Assembly: GCF_039654945.1 (NCBI RefSeq)
Contig: NW_027361924.1
Span: 9,052,001 to 9,116,000, forward strand
From: Dendrobates tinctorius
Taxonomy: Eukaryota
Length of the DNA: 64,000 bases
Reading direction: 5' to 3'
How positions within the stretch are numbered: position 1 is the stretch's first letter; every line of letters begins with the position of its first letter. The translations under genes were made by a program, and so were the position numbers. Shown piece by piece: positions 1-11,012 of the stretch. A model generated the notes under the pieces. It did not search any database. It saw only the letters and a list, made by a program, of their open reading frames with translations, and was not told where the DNA came from.

Positions 1-1514
1 TACTGTGGTGCAGGTGAGGCTAGATCACCTTGTGAGCCAGGTGTCCCGCTACAACTAGACATGCTAAATGAGGATTGGGTAATAAATGGGTAAAAAAAAG
101 TTGATCATCTTAACAAATAATTTTGTTTATACATATGCCATGTGTGTATGTATATGTTATATATGCTTGTGTGCATGTTTATACACTATATATGCATGTG
201 CAATGCTTATTGTGTGCATAATGCAAATTATATCCCCAACACAGGAATTACATTTTTGCTTTCCTGCAAAGGTTATCCAACCAAATTGCATTTGTTCTGA
301 TTAATCAGCTTACCAAGAAAATAATTTGCAGGACTGCACCGAGCTGACTGGTTCACAAGGAGTAACCATTGGATCACTAGAGATGACCACATGACTGGTC
401 TGTTTGTTTTTTCATTTTTGAATATTTCATATATTACATGTAAAAATCAATATTGAATTAGGTTAATATTGTATTTTAGCATTTTATGCAATTTTTCTAG
501 AAAGATTAAAAAATACTAATGACGAATGAGACTTCTGTCAAATATTTTTACATTTTGCCATTTTCTGGAGAAACAAGGAATAAACCATTAATTTCTACTA
601 TCTTCTTCCTGATATATTTGTTCGGAGTTCTCATCAATTCCGCCATTATCACAGTCATATGTCTGGAAGTTCAGTTACATAAACCATTGTATCTCTTTAT
701 CTGTAATTTATCCATTGTAGACATATTTTATACATCGGTCACGGCTCCTAAATTACTGCACATGTTATTATCCGGGAATCATATTGTTTCCTTCTCACAA
801 TGTTATACTCAGTTGTACTTTCTATTAGCTGTGACGACAGCCGAGGAAATTCTCCTCTTCATTATGGCTTATGACCGATATGTCGCCATCTGCCTCCCGT
901 TACATTATCATCAGATCTTAAGTCGGAGAAATTGCCTCCTGATAACTATTGGGATTTGGGCGGCTGCTGTCTTAAACTCTTTAATATTTGTAATCTCAGC
1001 TATGAACATGTCCTCCTGTCAGTCCAACCTCATCCACCAGTTCTTCTGTGATTTAAAATCGCTAACAAAGACCACCTGTACGGGCACACTGATGTTTTTT
1101 GTAGTAACCGGTATTGAAATGTTGATCTTGGCATTTACACCCTTTATGTGCACTCTTATTTCTTATGTTAACATTTTCTCTGTCATTTTCAAGATGCCGT
1201 CAAAAGACGCCAGAAAAAAAGCCTTCTCCACCTGCTCATCTCACATCACTGTCATCTCTCTGTACTATGGGGCAGGCATACTAGGATATCTGATTCCACC
1301 TTACTCTGATGTTCTGGATTCTGTCTTTAGCATAATATATACAAATATAATCCCCATAATAAATCCGATCATATACAGTCTACAGAATTCCAATGTACAA
1401 TCGGCATTGCTGGGGTTAATGAGGGGAACGTGTTGCTTCAAGAGAAATGTCAGTCACCAACATCCGTGAGAACTGGTAACTGAGCAGGAATTGAAACTCA
1501 AACACAAAATATTC
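1..1514 (+). repeat. Segmental duplication unit (OR upstream region, CDS and 3' flank), paralogous to ~33194-35025
   Basis: 1-490 matches 33194-33680 nearly base for base (e.g. actgtggtgcaggtgaggctaga, atgcaaattatatccccaacac). The OR CDS and the following gaactggtaactgagcaggaattgaaac also match. Confidence 0.95.
519..1469 (+). CDS. Olfactory receptor, class II type, intact 316 aa
   Basis: Single-exon 7TM ORF with OR motifs: N-glycosylation site NETS, LHKPLYLFICNLS, MAYDRYVAICLPLHY, HQFFCD, KAFSTCSSH, PIINPIIYSL. Confidence 0.96.
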   Translation: MTNETSVKYFYILPFSGETRNKPLISTIFFLIYLFGVLINSAIITVICLEVQLHKPLYLFICNLSIVDIFYTSVTAPKLLHMLLSGNHIVSFSQCYTQLYFLLAVTTAEEILLFIMAYDRYVAICLPLHYHQILSRRNCLLITIGIWAAAVLNSLIFVISAMNMSSCQSNLIHQFFCDLKSLTKTTCTGTLMFFVVTGIEMLILAFTPFMCTLISYVNIFSVIFKMPSKDARKKAFSTCSSHITVISLYYGAGILGYLIPPYSDVLDSVFSIIYTNIIPIINPIIYSLQNSNVQSALLGLMRGTCCFKRNVSHQHP

Positions 1515-1870
1515 AAAAAAGAACCACTGGGGGATATGCACACCCACAAATGCTATAGATAAGAAAATGGAAACAACTTTATTGACAAAAATGTTAAAAC
1601 AACCTGATGATTCAAGTCATTGTACCTGGCTGTATATTTGGTGCTATACTGGACACACTGTGGGAATGATTTATACAGGTCTCTTTACTCCCTGATTATC
1701 ATTTATGTATTTGGAGGGTGGGACTTCTATGGTTTTAAATATGTTTTAAAATATTTGTCAATAAAGTTGTTTCCATTTTTTATCTATAGTATTTGTTGGT
1801 GTGCATATTGTCCAGTGGTTCTTTTTTCCTCTTTCACAAGTGCAGCTGTCACTGATATTGCAGCCATTTG
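1515..1870. mobile_element. Fold-back insertion, probable Penelope-like retroelement remnant
   Basis: Inverted arms at 1515-1601 and 1742-1827 (with aataaa in the right arm) plus a short extra tail. Absent at the paralogous position after the second OR. Confidence 0.55.
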
Positions 1871-1972
1871 ATTTATTTAATTGATTGGTGGTGCGCCTAC
1901 AGGTCTTTAACCAATACAATCAGTATGCTCGAAAACTCCTCTACAAGGCTTTGTAGAATGTGGGGCTGAGAG

Positions 1973-2142
1973 TAGAGAAGAACAAACTTGTTCGGAAAAC
2001 ATTTGCCAATCTCAAATTTGGTACATATGTTGGATACTCGAATTTGTGTTCGCTTTCATGAGCATTTTTATTCAAAGTTGGAAAAATTCGGTCAATCACC
2101 GTGTTTCCACTAATGTTATTGGTAAAATCGTTATGTCCGTTA
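1973..2142 (+). mobile_element. Decayed terminus of an old hAT element (family C)
   Basis: tagagaagaacaaac resembles the TAGAGATGAGCGAAC-type TIR. Homologous to ~43620-43772 and to the reverse complement of ~29600-29677, which ends cactcaactcta. Confidence 0.5.
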
Positions 2143-4174
2143 TGTCACAACTCTGTTGTCAGGTGTCCCTGGACCATGGGCTCCTTCCCTGTCCCTATCG
2201 CTAGGGGAATCTTAGCTCGCCCTGTTCCCCTGATTATTTCTGATGATGAAGATGTTAGGGCCACGTACCTTGCCTTAGCTCCTGAATCCGCCCTGAGTCT
2301 GTACCCTTTCTTCACCCAGGGAAGAGAGGGGCTAGTAGTGCACCGTAATACATCAACCAGACTAACAAGTTAATACAAACAGGGGTAACAAAAAATACCA
2401 AACATACAAATAACAGAGGGATGAACTGAGGAATGGAGGATAGAGTTAAACATAAGTAGGAAAAGAAAGAGAATTATCACACACTCAAAACCTAGCCACA
2501 GTGACAGATAAATCCACCAACCTCCTGCTCTAATAACTACCAATAACAAACTCCAGCCATGAAGCAAAAGCTATCTCTGACAATGAGTGCTAACCAGATC
2601 CCAGTTTATATATGTAGGAGATGATCATGTCTAACAGTGCACATCTGAGAGCCTAATCTCCCCAGGAGCTATCAATTGAGCAGATTAACTCCTACACTAC
2701 CAATAGAGATTTATACCATTCAATACTAAAGTAAAGTGCTTCTAACCAGTGCAGGAGTAGAAGAAATCAGACATTATGGTCTTCTGGCTTTTCTCTGTCA
2801 CGTTAAACCCATGACAGTACATCCCCTTCTACGAGGGACCTCCGGATCCTCAGATTTGGGTTTATCAGGGTGTGCCACTTGAAAAGACTGCATCAGTTTG
2901 GCTACATGATGTTTGACGCTGATACCCACATCCTCTTTTCAGGACTGTATCCATTTCAGTGTACCTGATACTGAAGCAACCGATGAACTAAGCAAGAATC
3001 AATGATTATTTGCTATCTGAAATTCTAAATTTCTATCCACAATGACAGAAGATTGCATTAGCAATGATGATTCAGAGGACACAACATATTTTTTGAGTAG
3101 ACATGAATGAAACATAGTATTTATCCTAAAGGTGGGTGGCAAAGCAAGGCGGAATGCTACGGTATTGATGACTGCCACAATCTTTTAAGGACCAATGAAT
3201 CTGGAAGCCAGTTTCCTAGAGGGAATCTTCGACTTAATGTTCTATGAGGACAATCTTGCCAAGTCACCAACACACAGGTGCAGACCCACCAAACGTTTCT
3301 AATCAGCCACATTCTTATATTTGGACCCTATCTTTCTCAAATTATCAATAACCCCTTGTCACACAGATGTAATTGATGAGGAAAACTGCTCCTCTTCAGG
3401 TATTCCAGAAGACTGATTCCTATTAAATTAGCTGAACAGAGGCTGTAACCAGTATGTCCCAAAAACGGACTTACCAGAAGACTCATGACAATGATTATTT
3501 AACACGAACTCAGCTAGAGGTAGATAGGTTATACAATCCTCTTGATTCTCAGACACAAAACACCTAAGATAAGTCCCAAGATTCTGGTTAACCCATTCAG
3601 TTTGCCCATTAGACTGTTGATGAAATGGTGAAGAGAATGACAGATGGATCCCAGAAGGAGTGCAAAATGCCCTCCAAAATTTGGAAATAAACTGCACTGC
3701 CCAGTCAGCAATTATATCTGTATGGACCCCATGTAATTTTATGATATCTATAAAAAAAACAATTCCTCCAAGGTCTTGGCGTTTGGCAAAGCAGGCAGTG
3801 AAATAAAATTAGACATTTTACTGAATATGTCCACCACCACCATAGTTACAGTATTATCTGGTGACACAGGTAGATCAGTGATTTAATCAACCAATAAATG
3901 AGTCCAAGGTGTACTGGGAATCACCAATGGTTGGAGAGACCAAGATGGACAAGTATGATAAGTTTTAGAAAGTGCACAGACATTGTAGGTGACTACATAC
4001 TCTCGCACATCCTGATGTACTCCCGACCACAAAAAAAGCCAAGTAGGAAGATCTGTGATGACTTTATAACCGGGATGTCCTGCCAACACCAAATCATGAT
4101 GTACACTAAGAACTCTCAGATGGAGATTAACAGGCACAAACAATTTACTTAATGGGAGGCCGCAGAGGCTTCCC
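2143..4174 (-). mobile_element. Old Gypsy (chromovirus) element B: 3' LTR 2143-2816 plus decayed integrase/chromodomain
   Basis: LTR runs tgtcac...atgaca with an adjacent minus-strand PPT (gtacatccccttct). Integrase remnants QFISKFW..FHQQSNGQTE and HDLVLAGHPG. The element resumes at 19724. Confidence 0.85.
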
Positions 4175-5044
4175 TGTTATGAATGGGTCACCGAGGAGAA
4201 AAAAACAAAGCAAGCTAAGTCACAGAAAACCAGAGAGGTTGGTAACTATGCAGATTGCAGATACCTGATACTACCACACAACTAGCAGCAGCCGTGGAGC
4301 GCACCTACGATGTTCCTAGATGCTTCATCACAGCCAGAGGACTAAATAAGCCTGAAGCATGAAAAGGGGAAAACTAACTGCCCCAGAGCAGACCCCAATG
4401 GAATAGACAGCTCCCACACATGTATTGATGGTGAAACAAGATGAAGGCACAAACACAGGCAGGAAAATAGGCTGAGCAAACGATGGGGCCCAAACTAACT
4501 AGAAAGGAAAGACACTGTCTGCAACCTGCAAAAAACCCTACAAAAATAATGTCCAACACTTCTGATAGAAAAATTAACCGTGAAGTCACTAGACTTCTCC
4601 CACTATATCAGCACTCTGAAATATTCTGAGACAGAGCAAAAAGAGACCAAACCAGTAAGGGACAAAAAGCAAATTGGCAAAATACTGATAAATAAGAGTG
4701 GAAATTCAGCGCAGCCCCCAGCCGGGGCTGACTGACCACACAAAAAACTGAATAGACCAACAAAATCAAATGTGAACATTAGCAGAAAAACTTAGGTTTA
4801 GATGACTGGAACAGAGCTGAAAACCAAGAGCTGACAAGCCAGAAGGAATCACCAGCAACTGAATAGGGCATCGGCTGTCTTAAATCCAATCTGAGACTCC
4901 TGAGGTCCAATCGTCATCCTCATTCTCAGGTGGCAGATCTCCACCAATCAAATCAGTCTCACTACCTCCTGTTACCACCAGAAGGAGTCTGGAAGGAAGG
5001 AGAACTCACAACTGGTGAACCAGAGAATGAACTCACAACAGCAC

Positions 5045-7421
5045 CCCACCTTGAGGAGGGGTCACCGAACCCTCATCCACGCCACCAGGCCGATCAGGAT
5101 GGGCCCGGTGAAAAGCAAGAACCAATCTATTGGCATGAATATCGGAGGCAGAGACCCAAGAATTATCCTCCTGACCATAACCCTTCCATTAGACCAAATA
5201 CTGGAGTCTCCGTCTAACCAAACGAGAATCCAATATTTTCTCTACCTCATATTCCACATTGCCTTCAACCAACACAGGGTCAGGAGGTGCTGCCATAGGA
5301 ACCACTGGCTCAACAAACCTCTTCAACAGAGATTTGTGAAATACGTTATGGATCTTGAACGTAACTGGAAGAGCCAATCGAAACGAAGCAAGATTAAGAA
5401 TTTCCAAAATCTTATAAGGACCAATAAATCTTGGCTTAAATTTAGGAGATGCAACCTTCATAGGAATATTTTTAGATGACAACCAAAACATATCAACCAC
5501 TTTAAACCGGGGACCAATGGTCCTATGCCGGTTGGAAAATCGCTGGGCCTTTTCCTGAGAGAGTGACAACTTATCCACCACTTGGTCCCATATCTGCTGC
5601 ATTCTCTTAACCACAGTGTCCACACCTGGGCAGGACGAAGATTCCACTTGCCCTGAAGAGAATCGAGGATGAAACCCAAAATTACAGAAAAAGGGTGACA
5701 TCAAAGTGGCAGAACTAGCTCTATTGTTCAGTGCAAATTCAGCCAAGGGCAAAAAAGAGACCCAATCATCCTGATCAGCAGATATAAAACATCTCAAATA
5801 AGACTCCAAGGTCTGGTTTGTTCTATCAGTCTGTCCATTGGTGTGGGGATGAAACGCAGAGGAGAAGGATAACTGAATTCCCAGATTGGAATAAAAGGCT
5901 TTCCAGAATCTGGAAACAAACTGAACTCCTCTGTTGGACACAATGTTCTCAGGAATCCCATGTAACCGAACCACCTGTTGTAAAAACAAGGGCACCAACT
6001 CAGCGGAAGATGGCAACTTTGGGAGTGGTACAAGATGGACCATCTTCGAAAATCTGTCACAAATCACCCAGATAACAGTCATTCTCTGAGAGACAGGAAG
6101 ATCAGAAATAAAATCCATTGAGATAAGGGTCCATGGCCTCTTGGGCACCGGCAAGGGCATCAGCAACTCACTAGAACGAGAACAGGGTTTAGACCGAGAA
6201 CAAGTCCCACAGGACTGTACAAAATTCCTGACGTCACGAGATAAGGCAGGCCACCAAAAGGACCGACTCAACAAATCTCTGGTACCAAAAATACCTGGAT
6301 GACCAGCCAATGCGGAGCAATGAATTTCAGACATCACTCTCTTTCTCCACTGGTCAGGAACATACAATTTTCCCATCGGGCAACCCTCAGGTTTATCCTC
6401 CTGAAATTCCTCCAGGGTGCATTTCAAATCGGGCGAAATGGCAGAAAGAACTACCCCCTCACCTAGGATGGTAGTAGGCTCGGTCACACTAAGAGAATCG
6501 GCAAAGAAACTCCTAGAAAGGGCATCTGCCTAAGCATTCTTAGTGCCCGGAAGAAAAGAGACCACAAAATTAAAACGCGTGAAAAACAAGGCCCATCTAG
6601 CCTGTCTAGGATTCAAGCATTTGGCCGACTCCAGATAAGTCAAATTCTTGTGATCGGTGAGGACCACAACTTGATGTCTAGCTCCCTCCAACCAATGTCT
6701 CCACTCCTCAAATGCCCACTTCATGGCCAACAATTCCCGACTCCCCACATCATAGTTGCGTTCAGATGGGGAAAACTTTTGAGAAAAGAAGGCACAGGGA
6801 TTCATCTTAGAAGTCACCGGATCCTGCACCAATCTCAGAAGCATCTACCTCCACCTGAAATGGAAGTGAGACATCAGGTTGCCATAAAACTGGAGCTGAA
6901 GTAAATCTCTGCTTAAGCTCCTGAAATGCTGAGATAGCCTCAGGAGACCAGTTCAGCATATCAGCGCCCTTCTTGGTCAGATCAGTCAGTGGTTTGACAA
7001 TACCAAAAAGATTAGATGATCAAAAACGTATCCACAAAGTCACGGAAAAAACTACCCCCTCACCTAGGATGGTAGTAGGCTCGGTCACACTAAGAGAATC
7101 GGCAAAGAAACTCCTAGAAAGGGCGTCTGCCTTAACATTCTTAGTGCCTGGAAGAAAAGAGACCACAAAATTAAAACGCGTGAAAAACAAGGCCCATCTA
7201 GCCTGTCTAGGATTCAAGCGTTTGGCCGACTCCAGATAAATCAAATTTTTGTGATCGGTGAGGACCACAACTTGATTTCTAGCTCCCTCCAACCAATGTC
7301 TCCACTCCTCAAATGCCCACTTCATGGCCAACAATTCCCGATTCCCCACATCATAGTTGCGTTCAGATGGGGAGAACTTTCGAGAAAAGAAGGCACAGGT
7401 ATTCATCTTAGAAGTCACACG
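5045..7421 (-). pseudogene. A1 pol, 3' part: RNase H (duplicated), integrase, chromodomain
   Basis: VVLTDHKNL and ADALSR (RNase H). HCSALAGHPG..C..C, SMDFI, FHPHTNGQT (integrase). GPY and YEVEKILDSR (chromodomain). Contains stops and an internal duplication. Confidence 0.9.
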
Positions 7422-7848
7422 TAGAGTTGAGCGACTTTTGTTTTTTTAGGGTCGAGTTTCGTTTCGTGAAACCCGACTTTTCCAAAAGTCGGGTCGAGCA
7501 AGATCGGCCGATTATAGGGAAAAGTCGGGGTCGTCCCGAAACACGAAACCCAATGTAAGTCAATGGGGAATAAAAGTCGGCAGTGAGAGGAGGACAGGAA
7601 ACACACCTACAGTGCCCATTTGAATGCCAAAAGCATCAATTCTTCTTACTTAAGCTTGTCAACCTTAATTAACTTCATAATACAAATTACGCACTGAAAA
7701 ATGGGGGTTATTTGGCTAAAGTTGTGGGGGGTAGGGCTGGCTCCAGGTTTTCATGTGCCCTGGGCGAAAGAGCGCCCCTTTAACACATACCACAACTCAT
7801 CATGCTCCGATACGGCAGAGAAATAGCGGTATAGTACAATGAAAAATA

Positions 7849-8387
7849 TATAGCAAATTGGCTTGGATATTTATTGCAGAGAATAATAAAACTTAACTTT
7901 TAATCACAAGTTTAAAACCTGTATAGTGAAAAATATGGTGCCATACATAAAATAATAGTGCCAGTGCAAAAGTGCCAATAAAAACAAGTTGTATGAGACG
8001 CCTTATTTTATCCAAATATAGAAGGAATATTTCTCTTTTTTGTGTCTATATGTGACCAGGTATTATTATTCCAGATGCATAAACCATATATATAACCGTT
8101 ATATGGTTAATGCATCTGGAATAATAATACCTGGTCACATATAGACACAAAAAAGAGAAATATTCCTTCTATATTTGGATAAAATAAGGCGTCTCATACA
8201 ACTTGTTTTTATTGGCACTTTTGCACTGGCACTATTATTTTATGTATGGCACCATATTTTTCACTATACAGGTTTTAAACTTGTGATTAAAAGTTAAGTT
8301 TTATTATTCTCTGCAATAAATATCCAAGCCAATTTGCTATATACTTTTGACCGGTATTGGTAAAATAGACCCCCGCTATCAAAAAAA
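7849..8387. mobile_element. Near-perfect ~500-bp palindromic retro-insertion (Penelope-like)
   Basis: Arms 7847-8090 and 8100-8343 are almost identical, followed by an A-ending tail at 8344-8387. 14-bp TSD tacaatgaaaaata at 7835-7848 and 8388-8401. The empty site is visible in hAT copy 2 near 35492. Confidence 0.75.
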
Positions 8388-9218
8388 TACAATGAAAAAT
8401 ACTTCACTTTTTACATCTCATGACGAGGCCCATCTATTTCTCCATACAGAATCATTGGTCCCATATAATGTTTGAAACATTATATGATGAGCTCCACATA
8501 ATGCTACAGTATATGTTGGTCCCCATGGATGAAGCTCCACTGTCTTATGGGCCCAAATAATGCTCCAAACATAATGGGCCCCATTTCTAATGCTCTAGTG
8601 TATAATGGGCCCTGTAAATGGTGCTCCAGTGTCTGATGTCCACCTTTGGAATGTTCCAGTGTATGGTGGGCCCCATCTATCATTCTCCAAAGTATAGTGC
8701 TCCCCAAAAATTGCTGTCCCAACATTGAAAACAATCAAATAAGTCTCCTCGCTAGGGAATCCCTGTACTAGTCTGGACTCCTCGTCATCCCCATCTTCCA
8801 TCTCACTGCACAGTATTTCAACCTTGCAAGTGCTGTGATCCTGAGCAAGCAGGGGGGCCCACTCGTTGGCGACGGCACTGGCACAGGGCCCCTGATAGTA
8901 CGGTGGTGTGTCTGATGGCGGGTGGGCTGAACCTGCACTTTCTTCTGCAGCTTCCTCTTTGTCACAGTGTAAGATGGAACTGTATATGGGAAGGGTAACC
9001 TGAGTTTCATCAGGGTCAGATTCAGGCTGGGTAGCGTGCGAGGGGAATGTAGTGGTCTGGGTCAATGTACCAGCAGATTCATTGAGCAGTGGCTGGGCAT
9101 CAGTGCACTTGTGTCTCCCCCAGGAGTACGGTCGCCACAGTGGCATTACCTTCCTCCTAGGGAGTGTGATGTCATGCTTGGGAGCAACGAAGGATCTCTC
9201 TAGCAGGTTAACTGATTG

Positions 9219-9690
9219 GGCGGCGTTATTCCCACGAGTCATGACCCTCCAAACAGCGTTCATGAAGGCAAAGTGTTTGTTTTACGTGGGCAGTATGGTT
9301 GCAAAGCTGAACCTTAAAGGAATGTCCAGAAGGGCACCACCAGGAGTGGAGCCTACGGTTAAATTCGACTCCACCTGGGAAACCTCAACCATGCCAGCTA
9401 CAGAACAGATGCACACATTGCAAGCTTAATTCCGTTAATGAACGAGACTCCGTCATGCCCCGCGGTCCGAGTCCGGCTTACTAGAGGGACACGTGAGGCT
9501 CTGGCACATGAGATTGGCCAATAACTGTTGTGTCATGCCCTTACATGTCCGTGGCTGCATGTGCGCTACACTGAAAAGGCCAGCGTTTGTCGCTTACAGG
9601 TGCAGATAACCCGCTGAACAACGTTAGTGACGGGGATCACTGATTACAATTATTACCCGCGAACGATGATTTCCCAGTAAGTGCAGGTCA
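9219..9690 (+). pseudogene. Degenerate 18S rRNA fragment (central to 3' part) inside the hAT element
   Basis: Colinear matches to conserved 18S segments: ggcggcgttattccca; agtatggttgcaaagctgaaccttaaaggaat; agggcaccaccaggagtggagcct; ttaattccgttaatgaacgagactc; tagagggac; atgcccttacatgtcc; gcgctacactga; ttcccagtaagtgcaggtca. Many substitutions and internal deletions. Confidence 0.92.
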
Positions 9691-9800
9691 ACCGCAGTTC
9701 CGGAATTAGGCCTAACCGTCATTCCTGAAAAAATGAAAAACTTACGAGTGCAAACCACAGGTGCTGTAGCTTGCTTAACAGCTCGCCAGCCGTTCTCATG

Positions 9801-10590
9801 CCCAGTATGGATTACACGTGATTGCACAAAGGTGAGAAAGGGTACCGTATCCCCGGATAACATGTATGGATAGCGTACACATTCAAAATATATGTCTATA
9901 CATCAGGAGGCAGGCTCAGACGGTGTCAGGGCCAGTATGGATTGCACGTGATTGCACAAAGGTGAGAAAGGGTACTGTATCCCCGGATAACATGTATGGA
10001 TAGCGTACACATTCAAAAGATATGTCTATACATCAGGAGGCAGGCTCAGACGGTGTTAGGCCCAGTATGGCTTGCACGTGATTGCACAAAGGTGAGAAAG
10101 GGTACCGTATCCCCGGATAACATGTATGGATAGCGTACACATTCAAAATATATGTCTATACATCAGGAGGCAGGCTCAGATGGTGTTAGGCCCAGTATGG
10201 CTTGCACGTGATTGCACAAAGGTGAGAAAGGGTACCGTATCCCCGGATAACATGTATGGATAGCGTACACATTCAAAATATATGTCTATACATTAGGAGG
10301 CAGGCTCAGACGGTGTTAGGCCCAGTATGGGTTGCACGTGATTGCACAAAGGTGAGAAAGGGTACCGTATCCCAGGATAACATGTATGGATAGCGTACAC
10401 ATTCAAAAGATATGTCTATACATCAGGAGGCAGGCTCAGATGGTGTCAGGCCCAGTATGGCTTGCACGTGATTGCACAAAGGTGAGAAAGGGTACCGTAT
10501 CCCCGGATAACATGTATGGATAGCGTACACATTCAAAAGATATGTCTATACATCAGGAGGCAGGCTCAGACGATGTCAGGCACAGTATGG
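9801..10590. repeat. Tandem array, 130-bp unit x ~6
   Basis: ccagtatgg-type unit starts recur at 9801, 9931, 10061, 10191, 10321, 10451 and 10581. Units are near-identical and each contains CACGTG. Confidence 0.97.
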
Positions 10591-11012
10591 ATTTGACGGC
10601 CCAGACTACACAGCGGAGGAGCAGGGAGAGGTAAAGATTGCAAATGCTGGGGCCCTGCCCAAGCAAGGGGGGCCCACTCGTGGGCGTCGGTACTGGCACT
10701 GGGCCCCTCATAGTACGGCGGTGTGTCTGACGGCGGGTGTGCACCACCACTGTCAGAGACACTTGATTGCACTATGAGGGACCCTGTGCCAGTGCCCACG
10801 CCCAAGAGTCGGCCTACCCACCTGTCCAGGGCAACGGCACTCGCACGGTGTCGTGCGCTAGGTGGTGACCCCGGCCATGGGGGAGGAGGCAGCACAGTTA
10901 GGGAGTTTTAGAAAGTGGCATGTGTTGATGTTGGACATTCAGCTGATGCAAAAGGCAAAATAGGTCAAGTCCCAGGAAGAGGTGGACCAAAACAAGCCAT
11001 TTTTCTGTCACC

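Noticed and set aside
1603-1630. CTGATGA as a hammerhead core
   Set aside because: No downstream GAAA or helix II/III.
8595-9429. ORFs 8595-9263 (-) and 9052-9429 (+) as novel proteins
   Set aside because: Chance frames across minisatellite, a transposase stub and 18S-derived sequence. MVAKLNLKG..RAPPGVEP is translated rRNA.
9219-9690. Functional 18S rRNA gene
   Set aside because: Partial, internally deleted, substituted at conserved positions, and lacking ITS, 5.8S or 28S context.
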